A DNA stretch of 64,000 bases from Tubiluchus corallicola (Eukaryota > Animalia > Priapulida), in the NCBI GenBank assembly GCA_030141605.1, contig JAQGDQ010000031.1:930001-994000 (forward strand), given 5' to 3'. Numbering within the stretch: position 1 is the stretch's first letter; each line of letters begins with the position of its first letter. Positions 42,201-51,022 of the stretch are shown one piece after another. Under the pieces are notes generated by a model, which searched no databases, was not told where the DNA came from, and saw only the letters and a program-made list of their open reading frames with translations. The position numbers and the translations under genes are program-made.

Positions 42201-44755
42201 CAAATTCAGCATTGGAGCTAAAGACTTTTTAACAGACAAGTTAAGCTAATTAATTTATTGGACGAAACAGGCACTTATAAAACTACACAATGTTATAGAG
42301 GCTCTTATGCTGTAATTTGTTGTTTTACAGAATCAGGGCAGTACAGATTCGAAACCCAAACAACATTTGCTGTTGACACACCTCCCCTTACAAAACCAAT
42401 GTAAGTAGTAGAATATCGTATGTGTGTGCTCGCAAATATGTATCAAAGTGTTCCACTTTCTATCATTTTTTCTCTCTCTCTCTTTCCCTTTTTCTTTCTT
42501 TTCGGGTTATGGTTAACATAGTAATCAAATAAAATGGGATGGGGAAAAAATTTTTTGCTGCCTTTCTTTTTGATAAGTTATTTGGATATAGAAAATTCTG
42601 TTTTAGTTCTCTTCTTGTTAAGACTTAGTGCCGACATGTTGCATACGAACAGTACATTCACCGAGTACCAGCTGCTATGCCAGTGCTGTAAGTTTCCATT
42701 GTTTATTGAAAAGCAAGCTACTACTGGGTAATATTTGTGAATTCAGGTGTTCCGGTAACGAGGTAGATAACAGGATTCAATGTAACGAGCCGGAAGAGAA
42801 GGAACGAGTCATCGAGGAAACAACAAAGGAGGAGACGAGAGAGAGCAGTCTAGGAGCAACTTATATTGCTGTGATTGTCATCATTATCATGCTGCTGTGC
42901 TGCGTAATACTAGGTTTAATATTATGGCGAAAGTAAGTTTTATTACCGTTCAAATTACTTGTAAAGTGCGGAATTAGCATTTGCGTTCAAATATGTGAGC
43001 TCATCAAAATAATTGTGAGGGTTTGAATTATCGAAACTTAAATAATCTTTAAGGATTTAAGAAAATGCAGACTGAGATTCAGTTTTTACTGTCGGCCACC
43101 ATATCTCGGCAGTTTATTTGCTTGAAATTCAATAATGTGAGCAGAATATTATTAAAATTTAATACCTTGAGGATAAGTTTGGTTACCATCATTAAAAACA
43201 CGCATTTCAGGAAGTTCAAGTTATTTTTCTCACCTTTGCTTGGAAACAATTGACACTCAAATGTTCATTCATCGCTGCCAGTAAATTCTGGTAAATGATA
43301 CTTTGGTTGGACTATTATTAATAAGCTTCAAAGTTGGAAAGTTTTTAAAGTGCTTTTTGCACTTGGCCATCCATGTCATCAGCCACTTTGCATGGCAGCC
43401 ATTAGTTGCCAGGAAAGCTGTCACATTATTGAAATATCAACGGAGTGAAATTTCGCTTACACAGTAATTTGTCAAACTAATAGAAGCTATGTTATACCTT
43501 GCAAGTCCATCACACACATGTATCTGGATCATTTTTGAAAACCCTAAGCTTGACATTGTTTTGCATACATACTGCAACTTATTCATTATCCTGTATATGT
43601 AAGTGTGCTACACACACATGATACGTGTGCTTGCATAGCAAAATTGTCCATAAGTCGGCAATTAAGTTTTTCTAGTTATTCACACATCCCGAATCTCCAT
43701 TTCACGAGGATCATTTTGATACCAAGCTCATCACTCTATGTTATTTCTAAGGTAATCCACGTTGAAGTTGATGTGCCCCATGTTACACACAAAAAAATCT
43801 TCAGAAAATCGCTGTTAAAGTTAACTTGTTTTTTGTCGCGTTTCTGTAAAACACTTTTAGCAACCGCACAAATGTTGGCTGCTATAGACTTTGCAAGAGC
43901 ACATTGAAGTATGTTTAAATCCAGTAGACTAGGATTGGCAACAGAGAAAACCCGAGGCAAAATGACAGCCTTCACGAGCCGAGCTACAATCAGAGTTTTT
44001 TACAATCAGAAAAGTGGGTAAGGAGTTATAAAATTAAATTTCTCGGTTTTTTGAACTTCCTTAATAATTTGATGCTAGAATATAAAAGTTCGATATATTT
44101 AGTGTTGGTTTTTGTAAACAACAAAAAACTAACATTTGACCAAATTTCTGGGTCATTCGACTTTGCAGCATCATAACGTAGTTTTAACTATGCCGACTTA
44201 TGGACAGTTTTGGTATGCAAGCACACATATGACTATATGTATTCACACATTTTTGTTATTGCTTTAACTTTGTGTTTTTAATGACTTCATGTGATGTGTT
44301 ATGTTCTGAAAATAAGTGATGTGTTGTGAAAATAAATGATCTAATCTAATCCAATTTCTTTGATATGTAGGCGAAGAAAACGGAGGTACTTTGATGATGC
44401 TTCATTCACATTCTCCAATCCTACATATCATTCCAGCAGCGGAGATCAACTGTCGTTTGAAGTTAAACGACCTACAAGTCGACCTCCAATTTATCGGCAG
44501 CTTCGCAGCGACAAGAACGACGAACATCTTGGCGTAGACTTACTGTCAAATCAAGTTGAAAAGTTAAACAACTATGAAGCTGCAGCAGCATTTATTAGTA
44601 GTAGTAAAAATTTTGAGTCCGATTACCAACACAACATGGCGCCACCTACGCCGCCATTACGCTTTGATAGTCATAAAACGTCTAATTTAACCAAGGCGCT
44701 AAGCAGCTGTTCGCATACTAGTAATGGCTATGGCCCAATAGAGACTGAAATATAA
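9473..44755 (+). CDS. LRP4: Low-density lipoprotein receptor-related protein 4 (gene span of the 35 located coding exons; first, signal-peptide exon not found)
   Basis: Spliced exons give 8 LDLa repeats, 2 EGF, 4 YWTD beta-propellers each followed by an EGF, a TM helix, FSNPTY and C-terminal ETEI. The first repeat has the LRP4-type extra Cys (CxC...[18 protein letters not shown]). Exon phases are all compatible; 5525 nt plus 1 nt from the missing exon = 1842 codons including stop. Confidence 0.93.
11419..11580. mobile_element. MITE-like element with internal (CCCTAA)n telomere-type repeats
   Basis: Inverted arms AAGTTTACAATTTCTCCGCACA / TGTGTGGGGAATTGTAAACTT around about 50 bp of CCCTAA-like repeats; right end ...CTTCAG|TA; related copy at 713. 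Confidence 0.65.
12040..12505. repeat. Long (CT)n-rich polypyrimidine tract
   Basis: About 460 bp almost devoid of purines; source of four spurious ORFs. Confidence 0.9.
12841..13068. mobile_element. Palindromic tRNA-derived SINE-like element
   Basis: B-box GGTTCGAATCC at 12991-13001 with an inverted degenerate copy at about 12949-12959; arms TTAACTGAAAGAGGAAG / CTTCCTCTTTCAATTAA. Confidence 0.5.
14385..14501 (+). CDS. LRP4: LRP4 exon: LDLa repeat 2
   Basis: tttgcag|...A|gtatgt; [35 protein letters not shown]. Confidence 0.9.
15815..15928 (+). CDS. LRP4: LRP4 exon: LDLa repeat 3
   Basis: tttcag|...G|gtgcgt; [34 protein letters not shown]. Confidence 0.9.
16056..16172 (+). CDS. LRP4: LRP4 exon: LDLa repeat 4
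   Basis: ttttag|...T|gtgagt; [35 protein letters not shown]. Confidence 0.9.
16813..16941 (+). CDS. LRP4: LRP4 exon: LDLa repeat 5
   Basis: Not in ORF track; ttacag|...G|gtatgt; [35 protein letters not shown]. Confidence 0.9.
17200..17275 (-). mobile_element. tRNA-derived SINE fragment
   Basis: Minus-strand A-box TGGCTGAGTGG (17256-17266) and B-box GGGTTCGAATCCC (17230-17242), spacing too short for a tRNA. Confidence 0.5.
17689..17805 (+). CDS. LRP4: LRP4 exon: LDLa repeat 6
   Basis: ttgcag|...T|gtgagt; [35 protein letters not shown]. Confidence 0.9.
18348..18464 (+). CDS. LRP4: LRP4 exon: LDLa repeat 7
   Basis: ttccag|...G|gtaaga; [35 protein letters not shown]. Confidence 0.9.
19276..19413 (+). 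CDS. LRP4: LRP4 exon: LDLa repeat 8
   Basis: ttttag|...A|gtaagc; [32 protein letters not shown]. Confidence 0.9.
19863..19988 (+). CDS. LRP4: LRP4 exon: EGF-like 1
   Basis: ttacag|...G|gtgagg; [36 protein letters not shown]. Confidence 0.9.
   Translation: MRHCRVWRIILSVSTSVLQHLKAHSVPVIRDISLIQTDGHV
20034..20667. mobile_element. Tc1/mariner (pogo/Tigger-like) MITE, 634 bp
   Basis: Perfect 18-bp TIR CAGTAAGTCCTCGCTTAA / TTAAGCGAGGACTTACTG; left flank TA, right flank CA. Confidence 0.8.
20958..21083 (+). CDS. LRP4: LRP4 exon: calcium-binding EGF 2
   Basis: ctttag|...G|gtattg; [39 protein letters not shown]. Confidence 0.9.
21777..22007 (+). CDS. LRP4: LRP4 exon: propeller 1
   Basis: [12 protein letters not shown]...IFWTDV...GLESP; AG/GT boundaries. 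Confidence 0.9.
22496..22602. repeat. Dispersed repeat, direct copy at about 59306-59412
   Basis: Shared AAAACTAAAAAACAAAGCAT..AAATGTGCATTGAA...AAACATTA.TGCT...AACTTTGATTTCAA. Confidence 0.7.
23037..23193 (+). CDS. LRP4: LRP4 exon: propeller 1
   Basis: [23 protein letters not shown]...[11 protein letters not shown]. Confidence 0.9.
23213..23750. mobile_element. hAT-like MITE, 538 bp
   Basis: TIR CAGGGTTGTAA / TTACAACCCTG; internal AGTTCC repeats; TSD not preserved; internal fragment repeated at about 24495-24560. Confidence 0.6.
24060..24277 (+). CDS. LRP4: LRP4 exon: propeller 1
   Basis: [14 protein letters not shown]...[11 protein letters not shown]...[12 protein letters not shown]. Confidence 0.9.
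25735..25911 (+). CDS. LRP4: LRP4 exon: propeller 1
   Basis: [24 protein letters not shown]...LHFPMDI. Confidence 0.9.
27011..27136 (+). CDS. LRP4: LRP4 exon: EGF after propeller 1 (probable GC donor)
   Basis: [36 protein letters not shown]; ends G|gcaagt. Confidence 0.85.
27589..27794 (+). CDS. LRP4: LRP4 exon: propeller 2
   Basis: [18 protein letters not shown]...[14 protein letters not shown]. Confidence 0.87.
27991..28178 (+). CDS. LRP4: LRP4 exon: propeller 2
   Basis: [21 protein letters not shown]...[11 protein letters not shown]; ends GG|gtgagt. Confidence 0.9.
28241..29089. repeat. 18-bp minisatellite, 47 units, intronic in LRP4
   Basis: Unit T(T/C)GAA(GT/AC)CATCCAGCACC; a single 3-bp insertion near 28670. 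Confidence 0.95.
29456..29657 (+). CDS. LRP4: LRP4 exon: propeller 2
   Basis: [18 protein letters not shown]...[10 protein letters not shown]...LYWADAG. Confidence 0.9.
30429..30618 (+). CDS. LRP4: LRP4 exon: propeller 2
   Basis: [24 protein letters not shown]...NLMDIHMFH. Confidence 0.9.
31604..31729 (+). CDS. LRP4: LRP4 exon: EGF after propeller 2
   Basis: [36 protein letters not shown]. Confidence 0.9.
32070..32185 (+). mobile_element. tRNA-derived SINE fragment
   Basis: A-box-like TAGCCGTGTAGTGG, B-box GGTTCAAATCCC at 32126-32137; 3' part similar to the arms of the 12.9 kb element. Confidence 0.45.
32398..32661 (+). CDS. LRP4: LRP4 exon: propeller 3
   Basis: [28 protein letters not shown]...VYWSD...TTDGIAVD. 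Confidence 0.9.
33921..34053 (+). CDS. LRP4: LRP4 exon: propeller 3
   Basis: [21 protein letters not shown]...LDSPRAI. Confidence 0.9.
34430..34580. repeat. Degenerate (GAT)n microsatellite
   Basis: Read directly from sequence. Confidence 0.8.
35530..35692 (+). CDS. LRP4: LRP4 exon: propeller 3
   Basis: [20 protein letters not shown]...[10 protein letters not shown]...LIWADA. Confidence 0.9.
36354..36576 (+). CDS. LRP4: LRP4 exon: propeller 3
   Basis: [13 protein letters not shown]...[17 protein letters not shown]...GLMDIHAV. Confidence 0.9.
36996..37121 (+). CDS. LRP4: LRP4 exon: EGF after propeller 3
   Basis: [36 protein letters not shown]. Confidence 0.9.
37479..38137 (+). mobile_element. 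MITE with about 37-bp imperfect TIRs, copy A
   Basis: TGTGTGCTTGCAAACCAAAACTGTCCATAAGTCGGCA ... TGCTGGCTTATGGACAATTTTGCTATGCAAGCACACA; second copy at 43.6 kb; superfamily not assignable. Confidence 0.85.
38398..38575 (+). CDS. LRP4: LRP4 exon: propeller 4
   Basis: [18 protein letters not shown]...[10 protein letters not shown]...[12 protein letters not shown]. Confidence 0.9.
38851..38963 (+). CDS. LRP4: LRP4 exon: propeller 4
   Basis: [33 protein letters not shown]. Confidence 0.9.
39187..39292 (+). CDS. LRP4: LRP4 exon: propeller 4
   Basis: [15 protein letters not shown]...[13 protein letters not shown]. Confidence 0.9.
39898..40032 (+). CDS. LRP4: LRP4 exon: propeller 4
   Basis: [21 protein letters not shown]...[11 protein letters not shown]. 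Confidence 0.9.
40256..40356. mobile_element. 101-bp Tc1/mariner-like MITE related to 20034-20667
   Basis: TA|TAGTAAGTCCTC ... GAGGACTTACTA|TA. Confidence 0.65.
40738..40846 (+). CDS. LRP4: LRP4 exon: propeller 4
   Basis: [21 protein letters not shown]...HPFGLTQ. Confidence 0.9.
41007..41151 (+). CDS. LRP4: LRP4 exon: propeller 4
   Basis: [20 protein letters not shown]...[10 protein letters not shown]. Confidence 0.9.
41582..41698 (+). CDS. LRP4: LRP4 exon: EGF after propeller 4
   Basis: [28 protein letters not shown]...RPCS. Confidence 0.9.
42331..42400 (+). CDS. LRP4: LRP4 exon: short Thr/Pro-rich stalk
   Basis: ttacag|...AT|gtaagt; bridges the phase-1 donor at 41698 to the phase-2 acceptor at 42747. 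Confidence 0.75.
42747..42932 (+). CDS. LRP4: LRP4 exon: juxtamembrane region and transmembrane helix
   Basis: [24 protein letters not shown]; ends AA|gtaagt; acceptor attcag is inferred from phase. Confidence 0.8.
43624..44227 (-). mobile_element. MITE copy B, inverted relative to copy A
   Basis: Same TIRs; 43625-43770 is close to the reverse complement of about 37990-38136. Confidence 0.85.
44371..44755 (+). CDS. LRP4: LRP4 last coding exon: cytoplasmic tail
   Basis: Basic stop-transfer residues RRKRR, FSNPTY (NPxY), C-terminal ETEI then TAA. Confidence 0.88.
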
Positions 44756-46836
44756 AATGGTGTTAAATATTTTAGTTATTTGTACATAGCAAAGGTCTCA
44801 AGTTTGTACAATATGGTGCTAAATAAGCAAAAAAAACTTGAGCTAAGTTTCTGTTCAGTGAACTACGCTTTACATTTCCATCATATGTCTGCAGCATATG
44901 CTGCCATGATGTGTTTCAATTGTACACTAAGCTATGTGATATTAAATTTTTTTGGCTTTTTGTACATAGTAGGGAGGTGTTCCAAATTCATCTGCAAAAT
45001 TTCTTGCAAGAGGCAGCTTGAACTAGGTTTAGTAATTATAGGGCTCACAAGCCACAACTGCCAGCTAAATTTAACTGCATCTAAATTACTGTGCGTTGTT
45101 ATAGGGTTTAATAGTTTTGACATTTCATTGGATAGCAATAGATTATGAAATGTATGATGACGTGTATTCTTTAAACTAACCATTATTGAGCATTCACAAC
45201 TAAATATGATGATGATTTGTCTGAAGGTATGATATTTTTGTTTATAAGATTCAGTGCAGTTCAATTTTACATTAATGGTAAAATCAACACACTATCTGAA
45301 TTCTTTTACAGTATTGTACGTTTTTTATATTTGACGAAACTGAAAATTATACTTTCGTGTTTTGGTCTGCAAAGTGCTAGTTTGTGAAAGGCCCTCGTTA
45401 ATTAAAACAACATTTTTGCAATGTTTGCGAGTGATACGTTTACTTCGGCTTAGTAGAATTTATTTTTGTTATTGATGTGGTTGTGAACACGCTGAACTAC
45501 ACTAGTGCCATCTATAAATTGTGTAAATACTTGTAATATACATGTATTACTTGAATCTCTGATCGAGCTTTTATCAAGCTTTCGTACTTGTGCCAAACTG
45601 TGCTTTCATACCTTACTTGTGCAAATTGTTTGTGAGGTTTGTAAGTCCGCATGTTATTAGGAATTTCAAGTACGTAGAAAACTGCATCGTTTTTTTTAAA
45701 TTAATGTTAACCATTTTTGGGTATGAATTATGTTTGCACATTGAGAAATGATAAAGGATATACACAATAGTGTATGAGCATTTTGTAAATACTGTTGGTT
45801 GTGCTCACCATTGTAAAGTTGTCAGTATTTTAGTCCTTTTTGATTCTAGGTTTAGCATGACATAATCAAGCACTCCCTTTGATGAATAAATAAGGGAACA
45901 TTTCCATAATTCCATCATTTTCTTATACTATTTTTAGACAAAATGGCACAAGTTGGGTAACACAATCGTTTTTTTAGATTTCTTAAACTTTTCTCCATTC
46001 CATGTATCATGTCAACAATTCCCTGTAATTTAGATTGAGGTTAGATGGGTGTGATATTAACTTATTTTTGTGTTGTTTGTATATTATATATATGACTATT
46101 TGTACATAGTGAGATTTTTACAAAATGCAATGTTATGTCTTGTCATAGATTTTACATAAATCAGCAAATGTAATTGCATAAATTAAGTATTGAAGAAGTT
46201 TTTTCTGTTGGTGTTTTGGGTATGTAAATTTCCAACCAATGAATGCATTTTTCAGACGCTGCAGTAAACACTGTTAATACCATGACTCATTATTTGGCAT
46301 CTTTAGATTCAAATAGTTACATGCATGTTTTAAAGCAGTTTTGATAAGCACTTGCAATACATTGATAAAAAGTGCAACCATCACTGCAGATTACAAATAA
46401 TTATGAATGATAAATGTGGATATGGCTTAATTCCAAATTACAGCCAACACAGCTGGTCATGTTACTCCTAGCAGCTACTGACTTTATTGTAATTGTCAAC
46501 AAAAACTGGTCATTCCAATTATCCTTGGCAACACATTGCAAACACATGTAAGCACCAATCTTCGTATGAGGAAAAATCAGCAAATTTAGAAAATGTGATA
46601 TTCTCCATTTAGTTCTCGTAGCTATAAAAGATTCCCATTCAAAATGCTTGGCAATGCTAGTTTTGGGATGCAGACCATGTGAGGAGTATAATGGCTCGGT
46701 GAAACTGCGTGCAATAAATGAATCAATTTCTTGCAGTCTTGGCAATCATCAACATCATGTAGATTTACTCGTTTGACTAACAATGACAGTGACAACAGAG
46801 CAATATTTACAAAAATTCCTAAAAGTCCGCAAATCG

Positions 46837-48290
46837 TTAGTCTTCTTCATAATTGTGTTTGATGTGTTTCCATAATTTCTGAAAACAACAAACATTTTAT
46901 GTAGGTTTTCTGTTATTAAGACAGAAATCACAAAGCTAGGAAGGGCAAATTGACAAATTATTCCAAGTACTATGTTATTTCAAATGCAAAAATATTACAT
47001 ATTACATTAATTTTTGTATGCATGTCAACAGCTAGTTGCAAATAAATTCAAAATAACAAACACTAAGGTAGGCTTGTATTAACAAATGTATCCAACAATA
47101 CATTAATATTACGTATTAACAATACTGTTTTAATTAAGCATCTAGTGAGCTGAATTCAAGTGAATCCTATAACTTGGCTTCTGATAAGCACCTTCCTATA
47201 ATTCGTACGTGATTTAGGGACAATTAATTGGCTTCCTGGAGTTAACCTGGTATTAGAGTTTGTTGTTTTTTGGCATTAACATATTTGCCGCAGTCTCGTT
47301 GTTACTGGATGACCACATGCCGCTCTTCTTAATGAATTAGCATAGTCTTCCAGCAAATAACTAATAAATAATGTTGAACTGGCAAGATATAACCAAATTA
47401 ACTAAACATGGAATAGATGATGTTGTTTGTTAATGTTTCCTAAAGATTTTTGGAGCAGCTCCTTATAAATAAGTATCAGTAAATCTTTATTACTTTTATT
47501 AGCTCTAGTTTTTACTGCAATAGTTGGCCCACACTATGACGTCGAATTTTGCCTGTCATATCCATAGAATCAACCACATGTATGTTCTCATACTAAGTGC
47601 TTGAATTATGACATTGTAAATAGTACAGTTATTTTGAGTTATAGCAACTGCACTTTAAGAACAAAAAACTTATATACGCCCTCAAGACAGGTAAACACCT
47701 CAGTAATCCAACAAAATGGTAGACACTGTTATTTCAGTGGCTTGTCAGCATCACATCTAATTTGTAACAATTATTTGTTAAGAGAACTCGGCAGAATAGA
47801 ATAGAACAGAATAAATTACATGCCTTCAAAATAATATTAATAATCACAGAATAATACATACAATAGGTTACAAAGTTTAAGGGCGGGATAGCGAGAGACA
47901 AATGGGCATCTAGTCACCCATCCCTAAATAGAGTCTACTAATATTAAAAAGTATTATAGTACTAAAGTACTATGTTCTACTAATTTCAGCATGGCGAGCA
48001 AATATTATTAGAATAAAATAAAGAATAAACAAAAAGCAGCTATGTGCTTACTCGAAATCTAGATCACTATACCACCATTAAACGCGTAGAACTTGCACCG
48101 TTACAATGATTGTACTAGGTTGTCTAAAATATATAAAACTCACCCCTTCGTTTATTTTATCAAAGAGGTAATCCGTTCCTTGATCAAACCCGCGTTCAAA
48201 AAATATTGCAGCGACTGCAACGGCAAAGACAAAGCCTGAAGTTTTGCGAAAAAATAAATTAAAAGTAGTTCGTAAGTATCTAGAATTCAT
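46837..48290 (-). CDS. UQCR10: Cytochrome b-c1 complex subunit 9, 62 aa; exons 48290-48144 and 46878-46837
   Basis: Exon 1 MNSRYL...FRKTSGFVFAVAVAAIFFERGFDQGTDYLFDKINEG|gtgagt joined to ttttcag|KLWKHIKHNYEED*; FFER..D....N.GKLWKHIKH is the QCR9/UQCR10 signature. Confidence 0.93.
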
Positions 48291-48515
48291 ATTTTTAAAA
48301 CTGGTTTACTGGAGGAATCACGAAAAATAATAACAGGTCACTTTCCAAATACAGTACTGTACAGTAGTATTCTGTAATCTTAAATAAATCTAGTACTTGA
48401 TTTCAGTCGATTTTAATTCAGCCCTGCTTTGTTGTCCCGTCAAGGCAAGACACTTAAAAATGAAAGTTTGGAATTTTTAAGGACCCATTTTATAATAAAT
48501 TGGAAAAGTCTCTGG

Positions 48516-48861
48516 TAGGGGTGAGCATCGAACGTTCGAATAATTCAGCACTTCAATCACATATGTTCCTGATCACTAAAACGATTGAAACAACATGCAA
48601 TTAGCATAATTTAGCAGTGATTTCTGTGCACAATTTTAAACAAATTACTAGTCGTTTTATTGCAGAACAAAATCTGGTGATACACATGATCTTTGTAAGA
48701 CTAATTTTTACTGGTGGTTCGAAAACTTGTTCGAAAATCGTTCAATCTCAATTCGAATTCGGTTCGAATTCGAAACACTGAAGTTCGGTTCGATTCGAAT
48801 TCGAAAGTCACAAATTCGGTTCGATTCGAATTCGCTTTCTGGTAGAGAATGCTCACCCCTA
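48516..48861 (+). mobile_element. hAT-superfamily MITE, 346 bp, intact
   Basis: 13-bp TIR TAGGGGTGAGCAT / ATGCTCACCCCTA, perfect 8-bp TSD GTCTCTGG (48508-48515 and 48862-48869), subterminal TTCGAA repeats. Confidence 0.92.
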
Positions 48862-50053
48862 GTCTCTGGGCAATCAATTTTTGCACGTTTTTAGTGCGGC
48901 CCATAAAAACTATCAGTAGAAGCTCGAGGTAAGCAGGCTTTAATTACTCTAACAGAAAAAGTAGGATACGTAGCATTCTTTATCAGAAACGAACTAAAAT
49001 ACATCAATTAAACAAAAATTAAAACGTGACACTTTCAAATTCGAATTAAACCGAATTCTAGATTTCAAAGAAACCAAATTCGATTACAGTTTTGAAAATT
49101 TTCAAATAAATTTTCGCTTCATTAAAATAAAGGGCAGGGTGACAAAAATGGAGAAACCTTGCACGTCTCGTACAACCTGCATAGGGTTCAAACTAAATGT
49201 CTTGGTGATTCACCAGACATATTTCTTCTAAACACGTGTGGAGTTATTCTGAAAGGCAATGTGCTAGCTCGGAGGATCAAACAACATGCCAGTTAGGGGG
49301 ATGTAAAAAGTTTTTGCTTTGTAGACTTTGCCATGATGACAGATGTATAGGGTGTACAATAACATTATGTAGACCAAACAGCTGGGGGCAAATATGAAGG
49401 AAGTTTATTGAAGATAAGAAGACATTAAGTGCAAGTGCAAGAAGACATTTCCATTATAGTAACAAGATAAGTCTGTTATTATATAAATTATTCTGTGCTA
49501 TTACTCGTATTTCTATTTGCTTAGCAAAAGGTTATATTATATGTGCTGTAATACAGCTTCAGCAAGTTTCATCAAGATTCTCACTTATGTTATTCATCTA
49601 CCTCATTGTGTTATTGATTGAAAACACTCAGAGCAAATTTGGATTAAACAACGAAGAAGACCCAAAAGTAATGCAGATTTTGCCACTTTCTGAGATCTTC
49701 CAAAATTTTTTCAAAACCAAAAAACGCATTTTCAATTTTCAAGCCAAATTGTACATTGTGTGCACTATTGTACAAACTCTATTTTTGCTATACATTTTAT
49801 GGACTGCTTATTGGGCACACAGATTAAAGACTTACGTAAAAATAATGGATTCTGACTGACTCAATTATAATAATACTGGGTGTATGCATACTTAAAAATG
49901 AAAAATCTAATATTTTCGTACTTTAATTAGAAATCATGCTATTTTGTAAGGGCGACTGAGTGCCTTGAAGTTCGTTTGTAAATTCCTTTTGTTAATAAGG
50001 TTCATGAAAGCTGCCCTAAATGGGGGACTGAATTTTTACGATTCTATAGCAGG

Positions 50054-50761
50054 TGTAGGGCGCCGAGTAATCCACTAGCCGAAGCAGGACACTTGCGGCA
50101 AAACGCATGTGCAAATTTGCGGAAAAGCAGTGTCGTACATGGGCAGCCCAAGTAGGACACTAGCGATTTCTGTCGAGAATCGAGACTTATGACATACTAA
50201 AATATAAAAGTAAATTTGTTTTAGAAAAAAAGTAACTTTATAATAATGATGGACAGTCCTTGACAATTTACAAATGTATTTTTTACAACGATATCATCAT
50301 CATTATTAGCTCCATTAATATCGTCATAACATTAAACTAAGTATCTAATACTTTAAAGAGAGAAACTATGTAGGGCTAATAAATCGCTAACCCGTTTACT
50401 TAGTAGAAAACAATTATTTGTCCAAAAGGATCAACTGTCTGTGAAGCAAAACAAAATAAAAAATGATATACCTTAAACAAATGTTGGAATCGCCTAAAAA
50501 GCGCGCTTATTTCACTTCAAAGAATATTAATATTGGCAAATATTAATTCTTCTAGCTCATAATAAAATTCCTTTATTTCATCAGATGTATAATAAATTAT
50601 TCAACGTATAATGACGCTTTTAATTATTATCATTATTACATAAACAAGGACGACGGTCGGTGCCAGTACTTGGGCTAGCCTATGTACGACGCGTCCGACT
50701 TGGGCTAGCCCACGTACGCCAATTGTCCTATTTCGGCTAATGCATTACTCGGCGCCCAACA
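50054..50761. mobile_element. Non-autonomous DNA transposon with TGT...ACA ends and 5-bp TSD (Ginger-like), 708 bp
   Basis: gcagg|TGTAGGGCGCCGAGTAAT ... ATTACTCGGCGCCCAACA|gcagg; imperfect inverted repeats extend about 110 bp. Confidence 0.8.
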
Positions 50762-51022
50762 GCAGGCACATGAATTGAATAGCAGGTGGAAAAATGCTGT
50801 GCACACCAATAGCAGAGTTAATGTTACTTAACAATTTCTACGTCTGATCACTTATGTAATTGGATGCGTACACTGTAGTATAGACTCAGGAAACTCTCTA
50901 AGCGGAAAATAAAAACCCCGAAAGCGAAAATACACGGAGTGTAATGGCAACAGATTATCTATAAACCCTACTTACTTGACTTTTAATAATTGTTGTGAAA
51001 ATACTTAACTACTAAACTAGCT

